Below, piece after piece: positions 54,901-64,000 of a stretch of DNA of 64,000 nt. The position numbers were made by a program, and so were the translations under genes. The notes under the pieces were generated by a model, which saw only the letters and a program-made list of their open reading frames with translations, searched no databases and was not told the DNA's origin. The stretch lies in assembly GCA_900752335.1 (NCBI GenBank), contig CAADUZ010000023.1:28927-92926 (forward strand), in the 5' to 3' direction. Positions within the stretch are counted from its first letter, which is position 1. Every line of letters starts with the position of its first letter. This stretch comes from Clostridia bacterium (lineage in GTDB: Bacteria > Bacillota > Clostridia > TANB77 > CAG-508).

Positions 54901-55578
54901 TTATTTTATTTCAAACTTATATCCAATTCCTCTAATTGTTTGTATATACTTACCTTTTTTACCTATTTTGTGTCTTATTTTTTTAATATGGCTATCTATT
55001 GTTCTTGAATCTCCATAATAGTCGTAGTTCCAAACATTATTTAATATTTTATCCCTTGATAGAGCAATTCCCTCATTATCTACTAAATATTTTAATAATT
55101 CATACTCTCTTAAGCTCATTTCAATTTGCTTTCCATCCACAGTTACAGTTCTTCCTTCTGGGTCTATTACTATTCCTCCATAGTCCTTTAATTCTTTTAG
55201 TTCAGGGCTCGTCCTTTTTAATATTGCTTCGACTCTAGCGACCAAAATTTTAGGGCTAAATGGTTTTGATATATATTCGTCTACTCCAAGTTCAAAACCG
55301 AAAAGCTCATCTTGTTCTTCTCCTCTTGCTGTAAGCATTATAATTGGCACTTTTGAAGTTTGTCTTATTTGTCTTAAAACAGACCAACCATCAAGTTTTG
55401 GCATCATTACGTCTAAAAGAATTAATTTAATCTTATTAGAATTTTCTTCAAAAACGCTTAATGCTTCTTCTCCATCTCCTGCTTCTAGTATTGCATAACC
55501 TTTTTGCATCAAAAAATCTTTGATAAGTTTTCTCATTCTTACTTCGTCATCTACAACAAGAACTGTTATATCGCTCAT
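54901..55578 (-). CDS. OmpR-family response regulator
   Basis: Receiver VLVVDDE...LLDVMMPKLDG plus a winged-helix C-terminus (TIRGIGYKF). Start set at ATG 55578 by RBS spacing. Confidence 0.85.
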   Translation of the reverse strand: MSDITVLVVDDEVRMRKLIKDFLMQKGYAILEAGDGEEALSVFEENSNKIKLILLDVMMPKLDGWSVLRQIRQTSKVPIIMLTARGEEQDELFGFELGVDEYISKPFSPKILVARVEAILKRTSPELKELKDYGGIVIDPEGRTVTVDGKQIEMSLREYELLKYLVDNEGIALSRDKILNNVWNYDYYGDSRTIDSHIKKIRHKIGKKGKYIQTIRGIGYKFEIK

Positions 55579-55693
55579 TATATTCATCCTTTCACAATAA
55601 ACTAATGATATTATACTTTATATTTGTGTCCAAAGTATGAATTTTGTACAATTTTTAACCGCTACCATATATATAGTAACGGCTAAATTTATA

Positions 55694-56818
55694 TTATTCT
55701 TTTGTTTTCTTCTTTTTTTCTACTGTAACCTCTTTTGCTTTGCTTTTTTCGTCCTCAACTTGATGAACATATACATTTTGTCCCGGATATGCCATCTTTA
55801 TATTTTCTGATTCTAATACTTTTAAAATTTGTTCATTTACGCCTTGTCTAAATACTAAATAGTCTGCGTAATTTACAATGTCTGTATACATATATATTAT
55901 TATATTCATAGAATCTAAACCAATCGTATCAAAATGAACTTGTATCGTTTCTTTATCAACGTCGTCATTATTACTTAAAACAAATCTGATTTTCTTTGTA
56001 ATTCTTTCCATTTGGTCCACATTGGTTTCCAATGGTACTTTTATATTTAGCAAATATCGTCTTTGTTTCATCCTTGACCAATTTATTACATTTGTTGTAG
56101 TAAATACTGAATTTTGTATAGTTATAATTGTATTGTCTGAAGTTTGTATTTTAGTGCATCTAAATGATATTTCTATAACTGTTCCTTGATTTAGTCCAAC
56201 TTCAATCCAATCGCCTACTAAAAAAGGTTTATCCGACATTATAGAAAAACCAGATATAAGGTTTTTTACAAAATCTTGTGCTGCCAATGCAACTACGGCA
56301 CTTCCTACACCTAACCCTGCAATTAAGCTAGATGGGTTTATATCAAATACAGTTAATATTAATAATCCTGCACCTATGTAAATTACATATTTTAATATCT
56401 TACTTGTAAAACTAGCTACAGTTTTGTTGCCATCAATTTTGTTTTCGTCCCTCATCTTTCTAACAATGCCACGCTTTGGATCTACAAACTCTACTAGTCC
56501 CTTTGCTATTATACAAATAATTATTATTTGGAAGCCTTTTTTGCAAATATCAAGCACATTTTGTGGTGGTTTTACAATTAATATGCCTATATATATTCCT
56601 ATGCACACAATTAATGCTTTTATTGTTGCATACAAAGGGTTCTTTTTTATTTTTGATTTATCTTTTTCTTTAATATTAAACATTCTAATAAATATATATG
56701 AAATTAGCGGACTTATTATGAAAGAAACTAAAACAACTGCTGCAGCTATTCCTATATTTATTAGTTGTTCCTCTGTAATACTTCTAAAAAAGTTTATTAC
56801 ATTGTTTACAATTTCCAT
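55694..56818 (-). CDS. mechanosensitive ion channel (MscS family)
   Basis: 374 aa with N-terminal TMs and an MscS core: AQDFVKNLISGFSIMSDKPFLVGDWIEV...GTVIEISFRCTKIQT. Confidence 0.85.
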   Translation of the reverse strand: MEIVNNVINFFRSITEEQLINIGIAAAVVLVSFIISPLISYIFIRMFNIKEKDKSKIKKNPLYATIKALIVCIGIYIGILIVKPPQNVLDICKKGFQIIIICIIAKGLVEFVDPKRGIVRKMRDENKIDGNKTVASFTSKILKYVIYIGAGLLILTVFDINPSSLIAGLGVGSAVVALAAQDFVKNLISGFSIMSDKPFLVGDWIEVGLNQGTVIEISFRCTKIQTSDNTIITIQNSVFTTTNVINWSRMKQRRYLLNIKVPLETNVDQMERITKKIRFVLSNNDDVDKETIQVHFDTIGLDSMNIIIYMYTDIVNYADYLVFRQGVNEQILKVLESENIKMAYPGQNVYVHQVEDEKSKAKEVTVEKKKKTKE

Positions 56819-56833
56819 CTGTTCCTCCTTTGT

Positions 56834-57493
56834 TTACTCTATACTTGCTATTAACGCTTTTATCTTTATTCCTTGCTCTTTAAACATTTTCTCATGCTCT
56901 GTTTCGATATTTTCCCAAAAATCTATTTCATTTTCTAAATCATAAGTTTTTTTCTCAATTCTAAAACCTGAATCTTCAAAATATTTAATACTATCATTAA
57001 ATAAGCCATCATCATCTGTTTTGAAAAATACCTGGGCACCACTACTTAAAAATTCTTTATATTTTTCTAATTGTCTTGTATGAGTTAATCTTTTCTTTCT
57101 GTGCTTGCCTCGTGGCCATGGGTTACAAAAATTAATATATATTCTTTCTATTTTATCTTCTTTAGAAAATATATTATTAATCCTTTCTATATCGTATCTT
57201 GTAATATATATATTGTCTATTTCTCTATCTGCTAGCTTGTACTCTTCTTCAATTTTTCTTTTAGCTAGCCCTAGCATTGCATCTACTAAATCTATTGCGA
57301 TATAGTTTATGTATGGGTTATATACAGCTAGGTTTGAAATAAATCCACCCTTTCCACAGCCTAATTCCAAATGTATTGGATTAGAATTATTAAAAAGTTC
57401 TCTCCACTTTCCTTTATATTCTTCTGGATTATCAATATAGAATTTACTTGCTTCTAATTCTGGTCTAGCCCACGGTTTAAATCGTATTCTCAT
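56834..57493 (-). CDS. trmB: tRNA (guanine46-N7)-methyltransferase
   Basis: 219 aa: LELGCGKGGF...INFCNPWPRGKHRKKRL, typical of TrmB. Confidence 0.85.
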   Translation of the reverse strand: MRIRFKPWARPELEASKFYIDNPEEYKGKWRELFNNSNPIHLELGCGKGGFISNLAVYNPYINYIAIDLVDAMLGLAKRKIEEEYKLADREIDNIYITRYDIERINNIFSKEDKIERIYINFCNPWPRGKHRKKRLTHTRQLEKYKEFLSSGAQVFFKTDDDGLFNDSIKYFEDSGFRIEKKTYDLENEIDFWENIETEHEKMFKEQGIKIKALIASIE

Positions 57494-57668
57494 TTATAGC
57501 TTATCTTCCTCCCTTTTTATACAGCATTATTATATCATTAAATTTTAGTTGTAACAATAGTTTTTTTCGATTTATTAATGTTAATAATTTCTTAAGTTTT
57601 TCTTCCTTGCTTATTAAGATTTTTGTGTTAGTATATATTTGTAAATTTTAATAAAGGAGGATGCTATT

Positions 57669-58580
57669 ATGCAAAATTTGGTTCTAAAATGTGAAAACTT
57701 ACATAAAAGTTTTAGAAAAAAAGAGATTTTAAAAAATGTATCTCTTGAAGTCTGTAGTGGCGATATATTAGGATTTATCGGACCTAATGGTGCCGGTAAA
57801 ACTACAACAATAAAATTAATATTAGGACTTCAAAAAATCGATAGTGGAAAAGTTATTATTAATGGATATGATATACAAAAAGATTTTGAGAAAGCTATAG
57901 CAAAGGTTGGAGCAATCATCGAAAATCCCGATTTATATATGTATATGTCTGGATATGATAATTTAAAGCTAATTTCTAATTTATACCCAAATGTTGACTT
58001 AAAAAGGATAGAAGAAGTTATCGATTTAGTTGGCTTACGTAATAGGATAGACGATAAGGTTTCTAAATATTCTTTAGGTATGAGGCAACGTCTAGGTGTA
58101 GCCCAAGCTATACTTCATAAACCAAATTTATTAATTTTGGATGAGCCTACAAACGGTCTAGATCCAGAAGGAATTAAAGATTTACGTGAACTTTTAATAA
58201 GACTTGCCAAAGAAGAAGGAATGGGAATATTAATTTCAAGCCATAACCTAGCAGAACTAGAAAGTTTTTGTAATAAAGTAAGTATTATTAAAAATGGCTC
58301 TATTATGGAAACAAGTGACCTAGAAACAGTAAAGAAAGAAGCTTCGGAAGGAAATTATATAATTGAAGTAGATGATGCAAGAAAAGCTAGAATGGCTATT
58401 GGAGATATGGCAAATGCAAAAGATAACACTCATATAGAGGTTCATAGTGATAGAGAAAATATACCAAATGTTATAAAAAGATTAGTGCTTCAAGACGTTA
58501 AAATTTATTCTATTACAGAAGATATTATGAGTTTGGAAGACGCATTTTTAAGAAAGACTGGGGGTAATGTAATTGATTAA
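57669..58580 (+). CDS. ABC transporter ATP-binding protein
   Basis: Walker A GPNGAGKTT, signature YSLGMRQR, Walker B LLILDEP. AAGGAGG lies upstream. Confidence 0.9.
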   Translation: MQNLVLKCENLHKSFRKKEILKNVSLEVCSGDILGFIGPNGAGKTTTIKLILGLQKIDSGKVIINGYDIQKDFEKAIAKVGAIIENPDLYMYMSGYDNLKLISNLYPNVDLKRIEEVIDLVGLRNRIDDKVSKYSLGMRQRLGVAQAILHKPNLLILDEPTNGLDPEGIKDLRELLIRLAKEEGMGILISSHNLAELESFCNKVSIIKNGSIMETSDLETVKKEASEGNYIIEVDDARKARMAIGDMANAKDNTHIEVHSDRENIPNVIKRLVLQDVKIYSITEDIMSLEDAFLRKTGGNVID

Positions 58581-60027
58581 TTTAATTGGAAATGAATTAA
58601 AAAAAGTATTTAAGAAGAAAACGATATATATTTTATTTATAATTATTATTGGATATATCATACTTTCAAATATTATATTAAAATTAACCGATACTGGCTA
58701 TGGATATAATTATTACTATGAAGATATAGATTTTTATAAATCTTATATATCCGAATTAGACCCAAATAGTCCAGAAGATTATCCGTATTTTGCCGAATAT
58801 ACACGTCAAATTCGAGTATTGGAACTTACAAAAGAATATGGAAATAGCAGTTGGCAAGCCTATATAATAAACAATAAACTTGCTGAATATATAGATACAA
58901 TAATAGATTACGAATATTCAAAAGGTGTGAGCCAAGAGGCTTATGCCGAAGCTAAAAGTGCATATGACGAAGCTTTAGTAAAATTAGAAACTGGAGATTG
59001 GAAATACTTTGCTCAAAAAGAAATAGAATATGCAGAAAACTCTATAAAAGAGCAAGAAGCTTTATTAAATAGTACACAAGACCACGAGAGTATAAATTCA
59101 ATAAAACAAACTATTGCTAATTTAAAAGCAGATAAGCAGACTGAAGAATGGAGATTAGAAAAAAATATTAGCTATGCACCTAGCTTTCTAAATACAGCCA
59201 TTCAGCAATATTATATTAATCAAACTGCTTTAAATAGCTATCTTAATACAGATATAAGTAATTTACCAGCAGACGAATTATCATATTACAACAATGCATT
59301 AGAAAATGCAAACTTAAATAAATACTATATTGAAAATAATATTGATTTAGACTCCAATAGTAGAGAGGTTTTCATAAATTTATTTGGAAATTATGAATTA
59401 TTTATAATATTAGTAGGAATTGTAATTGCAGGCTCAATAGTTAGTGAAGAGTTTAACAGAGGAACTATAAAATTACTTCTTGTAAAACCATATAGTAGAA
59501 TAAAAATACTACTTTCTAAATTTATAGTTTGCCTTATCATTCTAGTACTTACAATAGTATTTATTTACTTATTCCAATTAATAGCTGGTGGAATAATACA
59601 TGGCTTTGATGGAATGACAACTGATGCAATAATATTTAATTTTGACACAAATAAAGTAGAAAACATAAACATATTTGCATATGTTGGATTAACTGGATTA
59701 TGCAAATTACCAATGTATATTTTACTTACTGCACTTGCATTTACATGTAGCACACTATTTACAAATACTGCAATAGCTGTATCTGTACCATTTTTAGGAT
59801 ATATAGCATCAAGTATAATAAATCAATTCGCTTTATTGTATGACATACGCCAAGTAATATATTTTGTAACCCCTAACTGGGACTTAAACTGTTATTTATT
59901 TGGTGGAACTCCAATGTTTGAAGGACTTACATTACCTTTCTCGATTGCAATTTGTACAATTTATTTGGCAATTATGCTTGTAATAAACTGTATTGTATTT
60001 AAGAAAAGAGATATAAAAAACATTTAG
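58573..60027 (+). CDS. ABC-2 type permease with a large extracytoplasmic/coiled insert
   Basis: 484 aa: one N-terminal TM, a ~250-aa soluble region, then 5 TMs. It overlaps the ATPase gene by 8 nt. Confidence 0.7.
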   Translation: MINLIGNELKKVFKKKTIYILFIIIIGYIILSNIILKLTDTGYGYNYYYEDIDFYKSYISELDPNSPEDYPYFAEYTRQIRVLELTKEYGNSSWQAYIINNKLAEYIDTIIDYEYSKGVSQEAYAEAKSAYDEALVKLETGDWKYFAQKEIEYAENSIKEQEALLNSTQDHESINSIKQTIANLKADKQTEEWRLEKNISYAPSFLNTAIQQYYINQTALNSYLNTDISNLPADELSYYNNALENANLNKYYIENNIDLDSNSREVFINLFGNYELFIILVGIVIAGSIVSEEFNRGTIKLLLVKPYSRIKILLSKFIVCLIILVLTIVFIYLFQLIAGGIIHGFDGMTTDAIIFNFDTNKVENINIFAYVGLTGLCKLPMYILLTALAFTCSTLFTNTAIAVSVPFLGYIASSIINQFALLYDIRQVIYFVTPNWDLNCYLFGGTPMFEGLTLPFSIAICTIYLAIMLVINCIVFKKRDIKNI

Positions 60028-60035
60028 GATTTGAA

Positions 60036-60099
60036 CTGGAACAAGGGGACACACATTTTGTTTCATTTTTGAAACAAAATGTGTGTCCCCTTGTTCCAG
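60036..60099. repeat. long palindromic element, copy B (bidirectional terminator)
   Basis: CTGGAACAAGGGGACACACATTTTGTTTCA-tttt-TGAAACAAAATGTGTGTCCCCTTGTTCCAG: perfect 30-bp arms, nearly identical to 14251-14312. Confidence 0.85.
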
Positions 60100-60104
60100 A
60101 ATTT

Positions 60105-61184
60105 TTAATCTCTTACATATTCATTCATTGGTTTTACTAAATATTTCAATTCGTCTAATTTATCTGTTGAAACATATCCTGGTTTTCCATTTATTACGTC
60201 TGGTATTCTATTTACAACTGTTGCACAAGTAAGCTCTACTGTTGCTGGTCTTGATACTACTATTGTTGTGTTTGGCTCTCCTTCTATTGTCCATTCATTT
60301 TTATCAAAGTCTTCTTTTGAGTATACTTTTCCTATACATTGTGTTTCTAGTGTAATGCCTTCTTTCGTTTCTGTTGTAACTACTGCACTCATTCCTGTTG
60401 CCATTCCTGCTTTTACTGTCATTCCCAATGTTGACGAATCTATGTCTTCTTTATATGTTTGTGGTACACATTTTTGTCTTTGACTTATTGGTGTTAAGCC
60501 AAGCTTCGAGCATAACCATCCATTTACATTCCACATGTATGATGGTGAATATTCTCCTGAATTTATAATTTTTTGTCTTTCCTCGTCACTTATTCTATCT
60601 ACAGATGCTATTTTTTCGTCAAATTCTTCTAAAGTTAGCCCTGCACCATGTGCTTCTGCTAGTGCTATTCCATAGTCTTCTACATTGTACGAAGAACTTC
60701 CTTTTATTTTTGTTATTTTTTGAGTAGAACCTGCTATTGCACTTATTAATTCTCCCCAATAAATATCTTGATATCCGCTTCCTGTAATTGTACAGCCATT
60801 CTTCTTTGCTAAATCGTCTATCTCGTCTGTAACTGTTGGATTTGAGTTAAATGGAAAGAATGCTTCTTCACATGTAGATATTGCATTTATTCCAAGCTTT
60901 GCACATAGCAAAAATGCATCTTTTATATCATTTAATAAACTCATTGTTTCCACAATTACTATATCTGGTTTTAATTCTTTAAGTAAAGTTTCTGCGTTTT
61001 TTACGTCTGTAACAGTCACGCCTCTTTTTTCTCCACCCATTATTTCTCCAATGTCTTTTCCAATAACTGCTGGGTTTACGTCAAGTGCTCCTACTAATTC
61101 TCCGCCTTTTTCAAAAACATAACGCATTGTATAAACTGACATTTTGCCTGCTCCATATTGTACCACTCTTACTTTTCTATCCAT
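60105..61184 (-). CDS. NAD(P)-dependent oxidoreductase, DapB-N-like (2,4-diaminopentanoate dehydrogenase-like)
   Basis: 359 aa with N-terminal VRVVQYGAGKM. The overall resemblance to the Ord/amine dehydrogenase family is from memory. Confidence 0.5.
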   Translation of the reverse strand: MDRKVRVVQYGAGKMSVYTMRYVFEKGGELVGALDVNPAVIGKDIGEIMGGEKRGVTVTDVKNAETLLKELKPDIVIVETMSLLNDIKDAFLLCAKLGINAISTCEEAFFPFNSNPTVTDEIDDLAKKNGCTITGSGYQDIYWGELISAIAGSTQKITKIKGSSSYNVEDYGIALAEAHGAGLTLEEFDEKIASVDRISDEERQKIINSGEYSPSYMWNVNGWLCSKLGLTPISQRQKCVPQTYKEDIDSSTLGMTVKAGMATGMSAVVTTETKEGITLETQCIGKVYSKEDFDKNEWTIEGEPNTTIVVSRPATVELTCATVVNRIPDVINGKPGYVSTDKLDELKYLVKPMNEYVRD

Positions 61185-61309
61185 ATTTACCTACCTTTCC
61201 AGAGCCAAAGCCCTTACAAAATTTATACCTAGATTATATCATTAATTTTATAAATCTATACACATTTATTTAAACTTTTTATCATTGAAATTATTTTTGC
61301 TTTTAAATA

Positions 61310-62002
61310 TTAGTCAAATAATCCAGTTATAAATTCCCATATTCCTTTAAATATTCCCGTTACTATTGCAATAATTATATCTATGAATGTCTTTATAATA
61401 GGGTTGCTTTCATAAAAGTTTACCATCCAATCATGTGTCGGTGGAATGAACCATAGGATTATAAAAACAACTACGATAACCCCTATGGTAATAAGTAAAT
61501 CTCTGGTATTTTCTTTTGTCCATCTATGTTTTATTCTATATCCTAAACTTCTTAAATAATTTTCATATGCATTATTGTATTCTCTATTTAAATCTTCCTG
61601 CATTTTTCTTCTTTGTTTAATCTCTTCTTCTTGAAGTTTTTTCTCATACCTTAATCTTTCTTTTTCGTAATCATAATTTGCACCGTTTACATTATTTACA
61701 GCATTATCTTGGTATTGCATATTATATCCTTGGTAATTTTGATTTACGTTTTGCTTTTGCATTTCCTCCATATTTCTTTTTTCTGCAAGTTCGCCATCAT
61801 ATCTACTTCGTTTTTCTTCATTACCTAGTATTTCATAAGCCTCATTTATCTTTTTCATCATTGCTTCTGCTTGCTTTTTATTAGCTTCTTCTTGCAAATC
61901 GGGATGGTATTTTTTTGCTAATGTCTTATATGCTTTTTCAATTATCTCGCCAGAAGCATTTTCGCTTACTTCCAATATCTCATATAATGTTTTTTCTTTC
62001 AT
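61310..62002 (-). CDS. J-domain protein with C-terminal membrane segments
   Basis: N-terminal J domain (TLYEILEV...[12 protein letters not shown]). The C-terminus has two hydrophobic helices. Confidence 0.75.
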   Translation of the reverse strand: MKEKTLYEILEVSENASGEIIEKAYKTLAKKYHPDLQEEANKKQAEAMMKKINEAYEILGNEEKRSRYDGELAEKRNMEEMQKQNVNQNYQGYNMQYQDNAVNNVNGANYDYEKERLRYEKKLQEEEIKQRRKMQEDLNREYNNAYENYLRSLGYRIKHRWTKENTRDLLITIGVIVVVFIILWFIPPTHDWMVNFYESNPIIKTFIDIIIAIVTGIFKGIWEFITGLFD

Positions 62003-62127
62003 CTTTTTCCCCTTAAATCAGTAATCGTTAAAATTATATCATTATTAAAATAAAAATAATAGTATTTTTTATAACTTTATGATATAATTATGTTGTTTAA
62101 GAACGAGTATTAGTGAGGTGATATTTT

Positions 62128-62907
62128 TTGAAGCTTACATCCAATGGCGAAACTTTAGCAGAAAGCAAGGTTCTTATTCTATATATTTTAAACCATATAA
62201 AATCTCCAATAACAAACAATGCGTTATACAAAATTGTACTTTCTGTGTTGGATATGAATTATTTTTACTTTCAACAATTTTTGTTAGATTTAGTTAAAAG
62301 CGAATTTGTGCTTTCATATTCACAAGAGGAACAACAACTATATTTGATTACAGACAAAGGAATTAGAACTTTAGAGCTTACAGAAGATATTATTCCAGGT
62401 ATTTTAAAATTACAAGTAGATACTAATTTAAAATATACTTTAGATAATGTAAATGAAGAAAATTCTATAGTTGCAGAATATACACCTATTAACGAAAATT
62501 ACTATAATGTAACTTGCAAAATTATGGAGAATAATGAATGTCTTTTCGAGGTTAAAACTTTTGCTGGTTCTCGTGAGCAAGCAAAGCAAATCGTAAATAA
62601 TTGGAAAAGGCATGCAGGCTCAATGTATCCTCAAATGCTAGATATCTTAACACAAGATTTTGGAGATGAGCCTATGGAAGAGCCTGAAGAAAATCACCAT
62701 TCTGAAGAGGAAATTGGCTCTCCAAGAAGTGTATATAATTATGACGTAATAAATAGAAGTATTGAAGATGCTTCAAATTCTTTAAATGACTCACAAGAAG
62801 AAAATGATAAATCAAAAGATTCGGCATCAGAAAAGAATAGTTCTTATGTAATAGAAGGTAATTTAAGTTTATTTGATATGATAAAAAATGAGCAAGATAA
62901 TAAATAA
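62128..62907 (+). CDS. DUF4364 (PadR-like winged helix) protein with acidic tail
   Basis: TTG start with GTGAGGTGA upstream. The N-terminus LAESKVLILYILNHIKSPITNNALYKIVL is typical of DUF4364. Confidence 0.6.
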   Translation: MKLTSNGETLAESKVLILYILNHIKSPITNNALYKIVLSVLDMNYFYFQQFLLDLVKSEFVLSYSQEEQQLYLITDKGIRTLELTEDIIPGILKLQVDTNLKYTLDNVNEENSIVAEYTPINENYYNVTCKIMENNECLFEVKTFAGSREQAKQIVNNWKRHAGSMYPQMLDILTQDFGDEPMEEPEENHHSEEEIGSPRSVYNYDVINRSIEDASNSLNDSQEENDKSKDSASEKNSSYVIEGNLSLFDMIKNEQDNK

Positions 62908-62944
62908 ATATACAATAAAAGAGGCTATTTTAAAGCCTCTTTTT

Positions 62945-64000
62945 TTAATACTGTCTTCCCCATACAACCATTGTTTTTGCAGGTTTTCCACAGCATACAC
63001 ATTTTTCTCCCAAATTTTCTTGTTGGAATGGAATGCATCTTGATTTTGCTCCTGTTAAATCATGTATTTTTTCTTCACATTCTGCATCTCCGCACCACAT
63101 TGTTTTTACATATCCTTGGTTATTTTTCAAATTTTCTTCAAATTCTTCTAGGTTATGAGCTATTGTAGTTTTCTCTTTTACTCTTTCTGCACATGCATTA
63201 TACATATTTTTCTGTATATCTTCTAAAATTTCTTCAAGCTTTTCGTTTAGCTCGTCTAAACTAATTTCTATTTTTTCTGAATTATCTCTTCTTACTACAA
63301 CACATTTATTATTTTCTATGTCACGTGGTCCAAGTTCTATTCTAACAGGCACGCCTCTCATTTCCCAATCATTAAACTTATATCCTGGAGAGTATTGTTC
63401 TCTAGCATCTAATTCTACTCTATACTTTTCTAATAAGCTTTTATATAATTCTTCTGCCCTTTCTTTTACACCTTCTTTATGCATAGCAACAGGAACTACA
63501 ACAGCTTGGATAGGAGCTACTCTTGGTGGCAATTTTAGCCCTCTATTATCTCCATGTGCCATAATAACTGCACCAATTAGTCTTGTGCTAATTCCCCATG
63601 AAGTTTGGTATGCATATTCTTCTTTTCCTTCTCTATTTTGGAATTTTATATCAAATGCTTTAGTAAAGTTTTGTCCAAAATAATGTGAAGTTCCTCCTTG
63701 TAAAGCTCTTCCATCATGCATTAATGTTTCTACTGTATATGTAGCTTCTGCTCCAGCAAATTGTTCTGTTTTAGTTTTTCTTCCCTTTAGCACTGGAATT
63801 GCTAGTAAATTTTCTATAATATCAGCATATACCTCTAGCATTTCCATAGTAAAGTTTTGAGCTTCTCTTTCAGTTTCATGTATTGTATGACCCTCTTGCC
63901 ATAAGAATTCCCTTGAACGCAAGAATGGTCTTGTTTCTTTTTCCCATCTTAACACATTGCACCATTGATTATATAAGAATGGTAGTTCTCTCCATGAGCT
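62945..64000 (-). CDS. proS: proline--tRNA ligase (archaeal/eukaryotic-type), 5' end outside window
   Basis: Contains LRWEKETRPFLRSREFLWQEGHT, the class II motifs and a C-terminal Zn-binding CxxC...CxxC region. The frame stays open to position 64000 (SSWRELPFLYNQWCNV). Confidence 0.9.
   Translation of the reverse strand, partial: SSWRELPFLYNQWCNVLRWEKETRPFLRSREFLWQEGHTIHETEREAQNFTMEMLEVYADIIENLLAIPVLKGRKTKTEQFAGAEATYTVETLMHDGRALQGGTSHYFGQNFTKAFDIKFQNREGKEEYAYQTSWGISTRLIGAVIMAHGDNRGLKLPPRVAPIQAVVVPVAMHKEGVKERAEELYKSLLEKYRVELDAREQYSPGYKFNDWEMRGVPVRIELGPRDIENNKCVVVRRDNSEKIEISLDELNEKLEEILEDIQKNMYNACAERVKEKTTIAHNLEEFEENLKNNQGYVKTMWCGDAECEEKIHDLTGAKSRCIPFQQENLGEKCVCCGKPAKTMVVWGRQY

Noticed and set aside
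1-64000. Scan for rRNA, tRNA, tmRNA, T-box or other classical structured RNAs.
   Set aside because: None was recognised by eye. The only GC-enriched non-coding segments are the palindromic elements already listed. A covariance-model scan (Infernal/tRNAscan) would be needed to exclude small RNAs.

Overview
Low-GC (roughly 27-30% by eye) spore-forming Firmicute, Clostridia-like chromosome, with nearly all backbone genes on the minus strand. Backbone genes: yqfC/yqfD, a PdaA-like deacetylase, uvrC, an M50/M23 protease pair, yyaC, hom, spo0A, yigZ, a YnbB-like PLP enzyme, a WG-repeat protein, a CNNM/hemolysin protein, a sortase plus surface adhesin, an OmpR/HK pair, MscS, trmB, an ABC-2 exporter and proS. 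Accessory content lies in 3.3-6.5 kb and 15.9-41.9 kb. (1) An agr-type quorum-sensing locus has an unlisted 39-codon agrD and a frameshifted LytTR regulator. (2) A variable region (15.9-24.9 kb) carries two candidate defence operons: an unknown protein plus an Mrr-like nuclease, and an orphan HsdS-like TRD plus a 103-aa protein plus a 712-aa SEC-C protein. (3) The main finding is a ~17-kb integrase-bearing element inserted in the 3' end of spo0A. It supplies a replacement spo0A C-terminus, and a displaced, synonymously diverged spo0A' remnant sits at 24871-25066. The element carries a mirror-image CI/Cro-type switch, a primase-like protein, an SF2 helicase, a 1.25-kb non-coding AT-rich tract, a second tyrosine recombinase and a membrane-protein cassette. 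I recognise no virion or conjugation genes. Two paralogous type I toxin/antisense-RNA modules flank its far junction. Also present: a TnpB-only IS next to a 176-bp palindromic element, a two-copy 29-bp-arm palindrome, and several frameshifted genes. No rRNA, tRNA or CRISPR array was seen. All counts and alignments were done by hand.
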